Made by a program: the position numbers and the translations under genes
Notes under the pieces: generated by a model
Databases searched by the model: none
What the model saw: only the letters and a program-made list of their open reading frames with translations
Told to the model about the DNA's origin: nothing
Source: Spirochaetia bacterium
GTDB taxonomy: Bacteria; Spirochaetota; Spirochaetia; UBA9216
Direction of reading: 5' to 3'
DNA length: 64,000 nucleotides
NCBI GenBank assembly: GCA_963677925.2
Contig: CAXXYH010000003.1
Location: 640,001 to 704,000 of the forward strand
Shown here: piece by piece, positions 18,107-28,428 of the stretch
Layout: each line of letters starts with the position of its first letter
Position numbering within the stretch: the first letter of the stretch is position 1

Positions 18107-19399
18107 CTATGAATGCTGAGAAGTATCATAAGGCAAAACTATCGTTGTGGTGGTTCCTACGCGGTTGGAGGACCTTTCATATGAATCAATATTCAAAGTA
18201 CCTCCAAGCTGTCCAACCAGCTCTTTAATAATTCCCATTCCCATACTTTTGCTGCGCTCATTTACTTTTACAGTTTTCCGCCCTACACCGTCATCAGACA
18301 CTATGAGTTTTAAAAATTCACCGTTGGAAGAGATTTCAATATCTATACGGCCACGCCGATCAGGGAAGGCATGTTTCAGTGAGTTTGTAGTCAGTTCGGT
18401 GACCAGCAATCCTATTGAAACAACGAGATCATTAGGCAGAGCAGCTGAAAAAGTATTCAGATTAATATCGATATTATCTGATTCAGCAAGATGGGAAGTA
18501 CATAGTGTTTCAACCAGATTGTTCAGATAATCATTAAGGTTTACCTTCAAAACACAATCACTGCAGTAAAGCTGACTCTGTGCAGAGGCCATTGCGTTTA
18601 TCCTGTCGCGGATATCATCAAGAACAGAGGTAACAGCTTTATCTTCGGAATAAATTTTCTGCAGTTCTATCATTGAAATTATCAACGAAAAATTATTCTT
18701 TGTTCTGTGAGACATTTCCCGTAATAAAAGGTCACGGTCACGAGCAGCCTGAGCAGCAACAAGTAGCATACAGCCGATTGCCCAGCCGATGCTAGTGAGA
18801 CCGGTAAGCAGCATTGATAATGATATAACACCAGAGTACTTCATAAACGAACCTGTAACCTGAAGAGAAACTGAAACCGGTATTCTGAAAAGCAGGCTGA
18901 GGGCACATATTAAAAAGCTCAATATAAGCGTTTTTTCTGACGGAGCGGAATAATGTGAATTCCTGATGAGAAACGTTGCAGTTAAAATGGCACCTGCAGC
19001 ACTCAATCCTGAAACTGTGATTATACGTATAATAAGAACCGGTTTAACAAGCCCGAACCAGTATTGCTCGGCAAAGGTAATTACAGCAAAAGCAATCACA
19101 GCTACTTTGACAGCTGTTGAGACTTTTTGACGATAGAAAAGCCGTAATGCCGCCGCTGGAAGGATGTAAGCGAAAACAATGAGGGTGTTGCTTAAAACAA
19201 CAGTAAATACAGGATGCAGCAGATCCTGAATTCCCATTCCAAGAGTTCCTAAAATAAGCGATAAAAGCGCGGCTAATATCAGATCTATACCTTTTCTGTT
19301 TTTTCTATGCTCTAGCCAGAGCACAAACAAAAAAACTTCTATGAAAAATAGAAGACCTGAATTGGTTAAAAATATAGTTCTAAGATCCAGATTGAAAAT
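18107..19399 (-). CDS. Membrane sensor histidine kinase, HisKA_2 type
   Basis: Multi-TM N-terminus; LLREMSHRTKNN H-box, ELTTNSLKHAF, SDDGVG, GMGII. Frame is open upstream of the called TTG (19330) to an ATT at 19399 with a GGAGAG RBS; start uncertain. Confidence 0.8.
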   Translation of the reverse strand: MFNLDLRTIFLTNSGLLFFIEVFLFVLWLEHRKNRKGIDLILAALLSLILGTLGMGIQDLLHPVFTVVLSNTLIVFAYILPAAALRLFYRQKVSTAVKVAVIAFAVITFAEQYWFGLVKPVLIIRIITVSGLSAAGAILTATFLIRNSHYSAPSEKTLILSFLICALSLLFRIPVSVSLQVTGSFMKYSGVISLSMLLTGLTSIGWAIGCMLLVAAQAARDRDLLLREMSHRTKNNFSLIISMIELQKIYSEDKAVTSVLDDIRDRINAMASAQSQLYCSDCVLKVNLNDYLNNLVETLCTSHLAESDNIDINLNTFSAALPNDLVVSIGLLVTELTTNSLKHAFPDRRGRIDIEISSNGEFLKLIVSDDGVGRKTVKVNERSKSMGMGIIKELVGQLGGTLNIDSYERSSNRVGTTTTIVLPYDTSQHS

Positions 19400-19464
19400 C
19401 GTTACTCTCCATGATTGCGGGTTTTATTATACACCTGAAAATAATTTTTGCTAAGAATTAACAA

Positions 19465-20316
19465 TTAAGATTTTTTGGCTGCCTTAATCAGTGCCTGCCA
19501 TTCATTCTCATCAGCAGGTTTAAATTTCATAAGGAATCCACCGTAATGGTTAAAGATCTGTTGTGCAGGTTCAGACTTAGACAGATCGATTAGATTATGA
19601 CCGAAATCAGTTCGATACAAAGTCATTGCACCGGGTATTTTATCATCAAAAGACAGAATCGCTGAAACTTCATGTTCATCTACCCATCGCCCGATAGCCG
19701 AGCGTAGAGGTGAAACAAGTTTGGAAGGCGGCTGTATAATGTAGCGCATTATATTCAATCCCTCTATACTTTCAATTTCTATATTGCCGTCTTCTTCAAG
19801 CCACAATACAGCCTCAGCTTTCAGTTGTTCGAATTCAATTTTATCACGCAGGCCTTCAATAAATATTCGAAGTACCGGCATGGGCTCATCAGAAAAACTT
19901 CTAAGAAGTATCCCCTGACTGAAGGTGAGGTAGTCGCGGCTCTCGTTTATGTGATCAAAATCATCGAGACTCATAGCGCCCCTTGTATCTACTTTTGATA
20001 CAAGCTCCATATATTTGTGCAAATCTGTATCTTTGAGATCAGGAAAAAATTCATTGAAGACCAGAAGACCGGCGCTGTTGCAGTCCCGGTCCTGATGATG
20101 GTCGTACATTTTCCTTGCACTGTCGAAAACCATTCCGCAGTCAATGAAATATGTGTTTTCTTCATAAGCTCCTTCACTTACCAGTTTCGCCGCTTCCTGT
20201 GAATCAATTCTCTGAACTTCTTCCGGTTCCTCATCAAGATGAAGAGCAAGCAGGGCTGAGGCAAGAAGCTCATCCATATGAGCTTTTCCGTCATGAGTAA
20301 TTATTTTATATGGCAT
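19465..20316 (-). CDS. MYG1 family DHH-type nuclease/phosphoesterase
   Basis: THDGKAHMDE, IDCG, YDHHQ, C-terminal FNHYGGF. Confidence 0.75.
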   Translation of the reverse strand: MPYKIITHDGKAHMDELLASALLALHLDEEPEEVQRIDSQEAAKLVSEGAYEENTYFIDCGMVFDSARKMYDHHQDRDCNSAGLLVFNEFFPDLKDTDLHKYMELVSKVDTRGAMSLDDFDHINESRDYLTFSQGILLRSFSDEPMPVLRIFIEGLRDKIEFEQLKAEAVLWLEEDGNIEIESIEGLNIMRYIIQPPSKLVSPLRSAIGRWVDEHEVSAILSFDDKIPGAMTLYRTDFGHNLIDLSKSEPAQQIFNHYGGFLMKFKPADENEWQALIKAAKKS

Positions 20317-20421
20317 TGATAGTTCCTTATGTTAAATTTATTTTTACTTTTTTAACAGTCAGTTTCAATACGGATCATATGAATAAGTTATATCAAATGC
20401 AGGCGAAAGTTTCCACATAAC

Positions 20422-20451
20422 CTCTAATGTGTAACAGAATACACATTAGAG
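20422..20451. repeat. 12-bp perfect inverted repeat downstream of the surface-protein cluster (hairpin or operator)
   Basis: CTCTAATGTGTA-ACAGAA-TACACATTAGAG. Confidence 0.6.
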
Positions 20452-20493
20452 AGCTTAACAAGCTTTAAATAGTAATATTTTACACATTAAACC

Positions 20494-22254
20494 TTACTGA
20501 TGAGCAGTACTGATACCTATTCCTGTAGCAAGATATATCTGCTGCTGCCGAACATCCACCGCTCTTATTACATTGGAGTTAAGGCCGTCCGAAGTAGTGA
20601 AATTCTCCCAGGAAACACCGCCGTCCTCTGACTTGCTAAGACCATATCCGTTCGTTCCGACCATAACACTATCTTCATCTACATACATCGAAAGACAGTA
20701 ATTTCCGCACATTCCGTCAAGCGTCGATATATGTGTCCAGGTATTGCCTCTGTCGGTAGACTTATTGAGCTGACTTGTAGTTGCTGTCCATATTGCATCG
20801 GTATCTGCAAAAACTGCACGGCATGAATTACTGCTCAGACCGTCAGAAGTATTTATATTTGTCCAGGTACTGCCATTATCTTCTGAATACGAAATACCTC
20901 CGCCGGTTGCAGCCCATACGGTTGAATCATCTTCTATATAAATATCATAGATATAATTACTTCCCAGGCCATCTACAGTGTTATAAGTTTTCCAGGTATT
21001 ACCGTCATCATCAGTTTTACTGAGACCGCCGCCGTTTGTACCAGCCCATACATTACCGGAAGCAGAATCAAAAGCTATTGAATAGATATAATTATTGCCC
21101 AGTCCCGAGGCTGTTGTATAAGTCGTCCAGGTGCTGCCGTTATCCATACTCTTTGATAAGCCGTTATTTGTACCTGCCCAGATTGCTGAACCCGATTTAC
21201 CAAGTGTCCTTATGTAATTTGATGGCAGGCCGTTTGAATTACTGAATCTTATCCAGCTTTGACCTCCATCATTGCTGAAATTCAGACCGCTTCCCCAGGT
21301 GGCAGCCCACAGTTCATCTTCATCGGTAAAAACATCATATATGCTGTTGCTGCTTAATCCTTCAGCCGTTGTGATTGAATTCCATAGAATACTCAAAGAT
21401 GCAGTGTCACTGACAGAAGCATCAAGTACCACAGTAGTAGTGTTCAGGCCAACCGAAGCCTCATCAGGAACTTTGCAGACTATCACCTTATTTGTCCAGG
21501 TGTAATAAGTTTCGACGTCAACTCCGCCTATCTGCAGAACTCCCGGGGCATCACTGAAACCGGTCCCAATAACAGACAGAACTTCACCAGCATGTGCAAC
21601 TGACGGCTGAATTGAATCTATGGAAGGATTGATAGAAAAATCAAGGCTGCCGGTAATATTATCATCAACATTTACATAAATCCCGCCGCTTTGCGCATCA
21701 TCAGGAACCACTGCAATTATTGTACTGCTGCTCCAAAGCCGGTATTCTTCTGCAGGATAATCTCCGAAATACACCTGACTGTCTTCCTGCGATGTTCCGA
21801 ACAAGTTTCCGGAAATGGTAACAAGCTCTCCTGCTTCCGCATTAGTCGGAAATACAGCAAGCAGAGAAAGCTCTACAGCATCTGAACTGCTCACTGAGAG
21901 GGTTTTAACATTGCTGCCGACTCCGTCAATCTCAACGCTTACATCAACGGCACTTGAGAAATCAGGGATTGTAACAACAATGGTACTGTCGCTCCAAAGA
22001 GAATATGTATCTGCCGCTGTCGTACCGAACAAAACCCTGTTTGTGCCCTGCTCATCACCGAAACCTGAACCTGTCAGAGTTAAAGAATCACCGGCTGTTG
22101 CCGCTTCAGGAAGCAGCTCATTCAAAGTAGTTGCAGACGGCTCAGCAACTTCATCGCTGCAGGAATAGAAACCGATCAATACCGGCATAACCATCAGAAT
22201 GACTGAAATAATCCTTGTAATGTTTAACTTATTCTTTTTAATAATCCTTTTCAC
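20494..22254 (-). CDS. Lipoprotein with three IPT/TIG domains and a BNR/regulator-type beta-propeller
   Basis: Probable GTG start at 22254; lipobox FYSC; G(D/E)xxTxxGxxFG...WSxxxI TIG repeats; SxDxGxTW Asp-boxes with GLxSNxI repeats. Confidence 0.8.
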   Translation of the reverse strand: MKRIIKKNKLNITRIISVILMVMPVLIGFYSCSDEVAEPSATTLNELLPEAATAGDSLTLTGSGFGDEQGTNRVLFGTTAADTYSLWSDSTIVVTIPDFSSAVDVSVEIDGVGSNVKTLSVSSSDAVELSLLAVFPTNAEAGELVTISGNLFGTSQEDSQVYFGDYPAEEYRLWSSSTIIAVVPDDAQSGGIYVNVDDNITGSLDFSINPSIDSIQPSVAHAGEVLSVIGTGFSDAPGVLQIGGVDVETYYTWTNKVIVCKVPDEASVGLNTTTVVLDASVSDTASLSILWNSITTAEGLSSNSIYDVFTDEDELWAATWGSGLNFSNDGGQSWIRFSNSNGLPSNYIRTLGKSGSAIWAGTNNGLSKSMDNGSTWTTYTTASGLGNNYIYSIAFDSASGNVWAGTNGGGLSKTDDDGNTWKTYNTVDGLGSNYIYDIYIEDDSTVWAATGGGISYSEDNGSTWTNINTSDGLSSNSCRAVFADTDAIWTATTSQLNKSTDRGNTWTHISTLDGMCGNYCLSMYVDEDSVMVGTNGYGLSKSEDGGVSWENFTTSDGLNSNVIRAVDVRQQQIYLATGIGISTAHQ

Positions 22255-22403
22255 TTTTGTCCTAACCTTCTTTTTACTATAAAAACACAGAAATAAAGCA
22301 CAATTAGACATCCCGGGTGCTCAAACTATGCAGATTTCGGGGTTTTAATGTTTGTCGGTTAGTTGGCGCTTAATCTTCAATTTTTGGGAAGAGAGGGAAA
22401 CCA

Positions 22404-25253
22404 TTACTCGGCGGGGCCGCCGTCGGTTATTGTCCAGCCGTATGTATCTGTCAGTTCAGCCCTTGAGGAAACAGAAGCCGAACTGTATGTTGAATAACCG
22501 CCTGAAAAGGACACATCGGACTGCACAGTCTGAGCAGCCCAGCTTTGAAGAAGGGCATCGTAATTTTCAGTTGATAGAGTTACTCTTTCAAATATTTTAC
22601 GCATATCAGTCACTCTTGAAACATCCCAGCCGCTCAGATCCTGATCAAATGCGTAAGCGTAGGCAAACATCAATTCCATATCTTCTACATAACTGGTATC
22701 CCAGCTGCTGAGATCCTGATTAAAAGAATATGCACTAGCGAACATAGCGCTCATATCCGAGACTCTTGAAGTATCCCAGGCTCCAAGTGGCTGGTTGAAT
22801 GCTTCCGCATACCAAAACATTTTGTTCATATCCCGGACTCTTGAAGTATCCCAGGCCCCAAGTGGCTGGTTGAATGCTTCTGCATTATAAAACATATAGT
22901 GCATATAAAGTACATTGGAAGTATTCCAGCTGCCTATAGGCTGGTTAAAGGCTTCAGCATCAGAAAACATCCAGCTCATATTATTAACTCTTGATGTATC
23001 CCAGCCGTCTAAATTACCGTTAAAGGCAATAGCACAATAAAACATATAACTCATATCAGTTATATTTGACGTATCCCAGCCATCAAGATCCTGGTTAAAG
23101 GATTTTGCCCTAGCGAAGATACTATTCATATCTTTCACATTAGAGGTATCCCAACCACCGACAGGCTGATTAAAATCATCGGCATCATAGAACATACGGT
23201 ACATATTAGTAACATTCGATGTATCCCAGCCGCCTATGGGCTGGTTAAAACGGTCTGCACCGTAAAACATACGGCACATGGTAATTATATTGGAAGTATC
23301 CCAGCTGCCTATAGGTCCGTTAAAAGATTCCGCTCCCTCAAAGACATAGCTCAAATCAGTAACTTTGGAGATATCCCAACTGTCGAGATCCTGATTAAAT
23401 CCTGCAGCATAATAAAATATATAGGTTAAATCAGTCACATTTGAAGTGTCCCAGTCTCCGATAGGCTGATTAAAAACATCAGCCCCGGTGAACATACAGC
23501 TCATATCAGTAACATTTGATGTATTCCATTCACCTATCTCAGCGTTGAAGGAATCAGCACCGCTGAACATTCCCGCCATATCGGTTACAGCGGAAGTGTC
23601 CCAGCTGCCTATAGGCTGATTAAAACTTTCAGCATCACCGAACATATGATTCATATCTGTTACAGCAGATGTATCCCAGGCGCTGATATCCTGGTTGAAG
23701 GATTCAGCCCGGTAAAACATATGGCTCATATTCGTAACATTTGAAGTTTCCCAATCTCCCATTCCATAAACTGTTGTAAGTGAAAGATTATTCTCAAAAG
23801 CCCTGTAAAAACTTTGAACGGCGCCGGTATCAGGTGCATCCTTTGCTGATATAACGAGATTCTCTGCACCTGTGAACTGTCCCATTGTTTCGCCGAAAGC
23901 AAGAGGCCCCCAGGAGCTGATCAACGTTATTTTTTCTGCATCATTAAATCCAGTTTCCGAGCCGTCCGGGTTGAAGGACCAGCCCGTGATTTCCCCTGTA
24001 ATTCTGACAGTATACATCCCGGCTGACGGATATGTATGAACAAGCTCTTCATCATCATAGGCTGTTATCACCGAACTGCTCCCGTCACCCCAGCTCACTG
24101 TAAAATCATAGCTGCCTCCTGAAACCAGCGGCAGACTTATCTGATCAGAGTCAGAGACTCCTTCATTGTCAGTCTGCCATGTACTTACAAAGGCATATTC
24201 AGATGTAAATGAAAGGCTGACAGGTTCTGATTCTCCGCAGCTGTTATAGGAAACAAGATTAAAAGTATAGTTATCACCCTCGTTATAAACCGAATAACCC
24301 AAATCAGCCGATGTAATGGAAGTAATACCTGCCGCGGTTGCAGCCTCCGGGACACCGTCTGCATCTCCTTCATAAATTCTGAACCCGGATTCCGTGGAGG
24401 AGGAGTCTGTCCATAGAAGGGAAAAGCTGAGATCCTCGTTCTGCATTACGGAGAACCCGCTTGGTGCGGCGGGGGGCTGAAACAAATCCCCGGATTCAAG
24501 AACCAGCACAGAACTGCTTGTCAGGTTATCATATATAAGAACTATCTCTGAAAGCGGAGGATATTCAACCGGAAGATCAGGCCCGCCGGGATCATAACCG
24601 AATACAACAGACAGAAAATACTGACCGCTTGATAGCGTTTTGTATATAGAGAGGATGCCAGCGGTACTAAAATCACTATTATAATCGGCTCCCTCTGAAA
24701 GCTGGTATTCATCACCTCCGCCAATCGGCCAGGGATCTATATACACAGAAACACTGTCCACATCTTCATCCGGAAAATTTATTTTATAATCAATTATTCC
24801 GCTGCCCGTACCGCTGACCGGATAGAGAACTGCCGTGAGGCTGTTGCTTCCGTTTTCTATTAGAACAGGATTTCCAGTATCCGGTATTCCAGTACAGATA
24901 ATCTCAGCATCAGCATTAACTCCGCTGATAATGATATCCCAGGTTCCGGCATAGATATCAGGTATTGTGGTTCCGTCAGTATAGGATGAAACGGTAAAAT
25001 CAGCCTGACCTCCCGAATGATTGGAGAAGCTGATGGAATAGGAATCAACCAGGCTCTTTAAGTCGGATGCGGGGGCAATGGTTCGTGAGCCTGCTGAATC
25101 TCCAAAATAGAAAACAAGACACCCCTGTCCCGACGGTTTTCCATTAAGAAGGTCATCGTTGTCGATTGGATTAAGGCAGCCGGCAATCAGCAAATTTATC
25201 AAAATGACAGAGAGACTTAAAAAAATAGCCCGATATTTATTCACGTTTTTCAT
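22404..25253 (-). CDS. DUF285/BspA-type repeat surface lipoprotein with FN3-like and PKD domains (long paralog)
   Basis: Lipobox IAGC; PPAAPSGF...[14 protein letters not shown]; WGDG...HTY PKD; 15 25-aa W(D/N)TSxVTxMxxMFxxAxxFNQxxxx repeats; NYDALL cap. Confidence 0.9.
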   Translation of the reverse strand: MKNVNKYRAIFLSLSVILINLLIAGCLNPIDNDDLLNGKPSGQGCLVFYFGDSAGSRTIAPASDLKSLVDSYSISFSNHSGGQADFTVSSYTDGTTIPDIYAGTWDIIISGVNADAEIICTGIPDTGNPVLIENGSNSLTAVLYPVSGTGSGIIDYKINFPDEDVDSVSVYIDPWPIGGGDEYQLSEGADYNSDFSTAGILSIYKTLSSGQYFLSVVFGYDPGGPDLPVEYPPLSEIVLIYDNLTSSSVLVLESGDLFQPPAAPSGFSVMQNEDLSFSLLWTDSSSTESGFRIYEGDADGVPEAATAAGITSITSADLGYSVYNEGDNYTFNLVSYNSCGESEPVSLSFTSEYAFVSTWQTDNEGVSDSDQISLPLVSGGSYDFTVSWGDGSSSVITAYDDEELVHTYPSAGMYTVRITGEITGWSFNPDGSETGFNDAEKITLISSWGPLAFGETMGQFTGAENLVISAKDAPDTGAVQSFYRAFENNLSLTTVYGMGDWETSNVTNMSHMFYRAESFNQDISAWDTSAVTDMNHMFGDAESFNQPIGSWDTSAVTDMAGMFSGADSFNAEIGEWNTSNVTDMSCMFTGADVFNQPIGDWDTSNVTDLTYIFYYAAGFNQDLDSWDISKVTDLSYVFEGAESFNGPIGSWDTSNIITMCRMFYGADRFNQPIGGWDTSNVTNMYRMFYDADDFNQPVGGWDTSNVKDMNSIFARAKSFNQDLDGWDTSNITDMSYMFYCAIAFNGNLDGWDTSRVNNMSWMFSDAEAFNQPIGSWNTSNVLYMHYMFYNAEAFNQPLGAWDTSRVRDMNKMFWYAEAFNQPLGAWDTSRVSDMSAMFASAYSFNQDLSSWDTSYVEDMELMFAYAYAFDQDLSGWDVSRVTDMRKIFERVTLSTENYDALLQSWAAQTVQSDVSFSGGYSTYSSASVSSRAELTDTYGWTITDGGPAE
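22629..23753 (-). repeat. Intragenic 75-bp tandem repeat array (15 DUF285 units; boundaries approximate)
   Basis: 75-nt periodicity; 22761-22810 and 22836-22885 match at 48/50 nt. Confidence 0.85.
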
Positions 25254-25254
25254 A

Positions 25255-26403
25255 TCAATACTGCTCTACTTTAAAAATAAAACTGTCTGAATACGGCATT
25301 TCATCAATCACAACAATAAGAGTGAGCGTATTCTGCCCTCTTTCAAACCAGTCAGGGTCAGCTTCGGTATCCAGTGATATAGATGAACCGGTGCCGCGGC
25401 TTATTCCGTTTATCAGCCAGTTATATGAGGAAATGCTTATCCCCTCATCAGCCGAAACAGCAATAGTCTGCTCTGTTGTTCCACCATCTATCTGCAGAAC
25501 AAATGATGAGGGATCCATACTGAATGAAGGATATTCAGGATTGTTTATAACGATACTTCCGGACGGCAAACTCCACTGCGCATAGAGATCCACATTTTCC
25601 GAACCCATTGAAAACTGAATGCCTGCAGTATAGTTAGCCCCCGTGCCGTCGGATAGGATATTCCAGGATTTAAAATTCATGCCTGACAGTACAAGATCTC
25701 CGGTATTTCCTATAACCGTTACTTTCGCATTTTCAAGGTAATAATTGCTGTCTACAGGGACTGAACCTGATTCGGCATCAGCGGCATGATAGGTCACTGT
25801 ATAAACGGGATCAGAGGTCCAGGCAGCATACAGATCCACATCGGTCTTTTCAATTATAAACTGAGAACCGCAGGTATATCCTGTTCCCAAACCGCTCTCT
25901 TTGGTATTCCATCCTATAAAGGACCAGCCGCTGCGGACAAGGCCGCCGGTATTGCCTGAAACAGTTACGGTTTCTCCTTCCAGGTAGTTGCCGGAATCAA
26001 CCGGAACAGAGCCCGATTCCGCATCCTCTGCATGGTAGGTGACTGAATAAACAGGGTCAGCCGTCCACTGAGCATATAGCCAGACATTGCTCTCCGGCAT
26101 TACCAGGCAGTCGCCGGACTGATAGCTTTCGCCCTCACCGTTTGCGAGAGTATTCCACCCGGTAAATGAATATCCGTTTTTAGTTAAGCTACCGGTATTT
26201 CTGCTTACTGTCACAGTATCACCGGGATAGCAGGTTATTCCGGAAGGGACCGCACCGCCATCGGCGCCGTTCTTACTGTAAATAACCATACAGGAATCAA
26301 TCAATTCCTCTGAAGGATTATCATCACAGCCTACAAGAATGGAAGTGAACATAGCAGAGAGTAAAACAAGCGGTGTAATAAACCGATATACTGATTTTTT
26401 CAT
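25255..26403 (-). CDS. InlB B-repeat (Flg_new-type) lipoprotein, copy 2
   Basis: Start ATG 26403; lipobox LVGC; three VTY...GSVP...NTGxL...FxGWNT...LYAxW repeats; C-terminal [25 protein letters not shown]. Confidence 0.85.
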   Translation of the reverse strand: MKKSVYRFITPLVLLSAMFTSILVGCDDNPSEELIDSCMVIYSKNGADGGAVPSGITCYPGDTVTVSRNTGSLTKNGYSFTGWNTLANGEGESYQSGDCLVMPESNVWLYAQWTADPVYSVTYHAEDAESGSVPVDSGNYLEGETVTVSGNTGGLVRSGWSFIGWNTKESGLGTGYTCGSQFIIEKTDVDLYAAWTSDPVYTVTYHAADAESGSVPVDSNYYLENAKVTVIGNTGDLVLSGMNFKSWNILSDGTGANYTAGIQFSMGSENVDLYAQWSLPSGSIVINNPEYPSFSMDPSSFVLQIDGGTTEQTIAVSADEGISISSYNWLINGISRGTGSSISLDTEADPDWFERGQNTLTLIVVIDEMPYSDSFIFKVEQY

Positions 26404-26420
26404 ATAATTCTCTTTTTCCA

Positions 26421-28427
26421 TCAATAAGCCAGTCCTGAATCGGTTATTTTCCATCCATATGTTTCTATTAAAACCGCTCTTGCCCATTCAGCATCGGAAC
26501 GGAATTTAGAATATCCTCCGCTGAAATAACATCCGGTTTTAACCGGCTGAACAGCCCAGCTTTTTAGAAGAGCATCGTAGTTATCAGTGGAAAGTTTTGC
26601 ATTATCCAAAAATTTTTTAAATGAAGTGACCTGTGAAACATCCCAGTCAGCAATATTTTGATCGAAATCTGAACTATACAACATATAACGCATATCAGTC
26701 ACTTTAGATGTATCCCAGCCTCCAAGATCCTGATTAAATGAATCAGCCGCACAAAACATATAACCCATATCAGTTACCGATGATGTATCCCATTTACTGA
26801 TATCCTGATTGAAGACCGTGGCAGCATAGAAAAGCCCCCTCATGGAAGTAACCTTTGAGGTATTCCAGTTACTGATATCCTCATTGAATTTTCTTGCCAA
26901 GTAAAACATATCAGTCATATCGGTAACATTTGATGTATCCCACTCATTCATTCTGTGGATAGAGCTGAGCGCAAAATTAAAGTAAAAAGCATTATTAAAG
27001 CTGGTTACATCACTTGTATCGGGGACATCCTTAGCTGTGATATCAAGATTTCTTGCATGATAGAATTGCCCTTTTGTATCACCGAAAGCGAACGGCCCCC
27101 AGGAACTTATTTCAAGTATCTTTTCCGCATCACCAAAAGACGAATAGGAAGCTTCAGGACTGAAAGACCAGCCGGAAATCTCACCATATATTCTAAGTGT
27201 ATAGCAGCCTGCCTCCGTATATGTATGAGTAACATCAGTATCATCATAAGAGGTTATTTCGGAGGTGCTGCCGTCTCCCCAGTAGATTGAAAAATCATAG
27301 GTTCCATTGGAAACAAGAGGAAGAGTTATCTGATTGTCTTCAGAGACGCCCTCATTATCAGTCTGCCAGGTACTTACAAATGAATACCCGGAAGAAAATG
27401 TTAGCCCGGCCGGTTCAGATTCACCGAAACGGTTATATGACACAATATAAAATGTGTATGTATCGCCTTCACTGTATTCCGTGAAACCAAGTTCCGCCGA
27501 TGTTATAGTGGTTACCCCTGCTTCGACTTCCGCCTCGGGTACACCGTCAACAGAGCCTTCATAGATTCTGAACCCGTCTTCATCAGAGGATTCATCATCC
27601 CAGAAAAGAATAAAGCTTAAATCCGACTCCTGTGCCTCACTGAAATCTGAGGGAGGCTCAGGAGGCTGGGTTAAATCCTCTGCCGAAATTTCCAGGCTTG
27701 AACTGGATGTAAGGTTGTTGAAGATCTGTACTATTTCAACAAGAGGCGGATATTCAACTGGAAGATCAGGGGCTCCCGGATCATTACCAAGTGTAACAGT
27801 CAGACAGTATTGCCCGCTCTGAAGAGAACAGTTAACTGCAAGTTCGCCTTCAGCTGTAAAATCACTGTTGTAATCTACGCCCGCATCAAGTTCATAATCA
27901 TCACCGCCGCCGATCGGCCAGGGGTCAACTGTTATGGTCACACTGTCAACATCCTCTGGCGGAAAGCTGATTGTATAATCAAGGATTCCAAAGCCTGAAC
28001 CGGCTATTCTGTCGACAGTTATTGATAAAGAGTTGTCTCCTTCAGTTATAAGGACGGGATTTCCGGATTCCGGCAGCCCGGTGCAGATTATGTTTCCCTC
28101 ACCATCCAGACCGTTTAATGTAATATCCCAGCTGCCTGTATATATATCTATTATTTTACTGCCCTCAATATAGGAATCTACAGTAAAATCAGGCTGACCT
28201 TCCGAATGATTTGAAAAATAAACTGAGTATGAATCTACAAGACTTTTCAAATCAGATACCGGGGAAATTGTACGTGAATCTGAGGTTTCATCAAGGCTGA
28301 AGACCAGCATCCCCCGGGGCATGGTATTATCAATCGTATCTTCTAAAGGATTTATGCACCCTGCTATTATTATATCTGATGCAATAACAGCTATGATTAT
28401 CAGTATATTCTGTATTCTTTTTTTCAT
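26421..28427 (-). CDS. DUF285/BspA-type repeat surface lipoprotein (short paralog)
   Basis: Start ATG 28427; lipobox IAGC; collinear with 22404..25253 ([34 protein letters not shown]) but only 4 repeats before the cap. Confidence 0.9.
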   Translation of the reverse strand: MKKRIQNILIIIAVIASDIIIAGCINPLEDTIDNTMPRGMLVFSLDETSDSRTISPVSDLKSLVDSYSVYFSNHSEGQPDFTVDSYIEGSKIIDIYTGSWDITLNGLDGEGNIICTGLPESGNPVLITEGDNSLSITVDRIAGSGFGILDYTISFPPEDVDSVTITVDPWPIGGGDDYELDAGVDYNSDFTAEGELAVNCSLQSGQYCLTVTLGNDPGAPDLPVEYPPLVEIVQIFNNLTSSSSLEISAEDLTQPPEPPSDFSEAQESDLSFILFWDDESSDEDGFRIYEGSVDGVPEAEVEAGVTTITSAELGFTEYSEGDTYTFYIVSYNRFGESEPAGLTFSSGYSFVSTWQTDNEGVSEDNQITLPLVSNGTYDFSIYWGDGSTSEITSYDDTDVTHTYTEAGCYTLRIYGEISGWSFSPEASYSSFGDAEKILEISSWGPFAFGDTKGQFYHARNLDITAKDVPDTSDVTSFNNAFYFNFALSSIHRMNEWDTSNVTDMTDMFYLARKFNEDISNWNTSKVTSMRGLFYAATVFNQDISKWDTSSVTDMGYMFCAADSFNQDLGGWDTSKVTDMRYMLYSSDFDQNIADWDVSQVTSFKKFLDNAKLSTDNYDALLKSWAVQPVKTGCYFSGGYSKFRSDAEWARAVLIETYGWKITDSGLAY

Positions 28428-28428
28428 A

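Noticed and set aside
22629-23753. 75-bp periodic repeats as a CRISPR array
   Set aside because: The repeats are in-frame 25-aa coding units with no constant repeat/unique spacer structure, and no cas genes are present.
22404-28427. Paralogous DUF285 genes as a diversity-generating retroelement template/variable pair
   Set aside because: No reverse transcriptase in the window, and differences are spread over all bases rather than adenine-specific.
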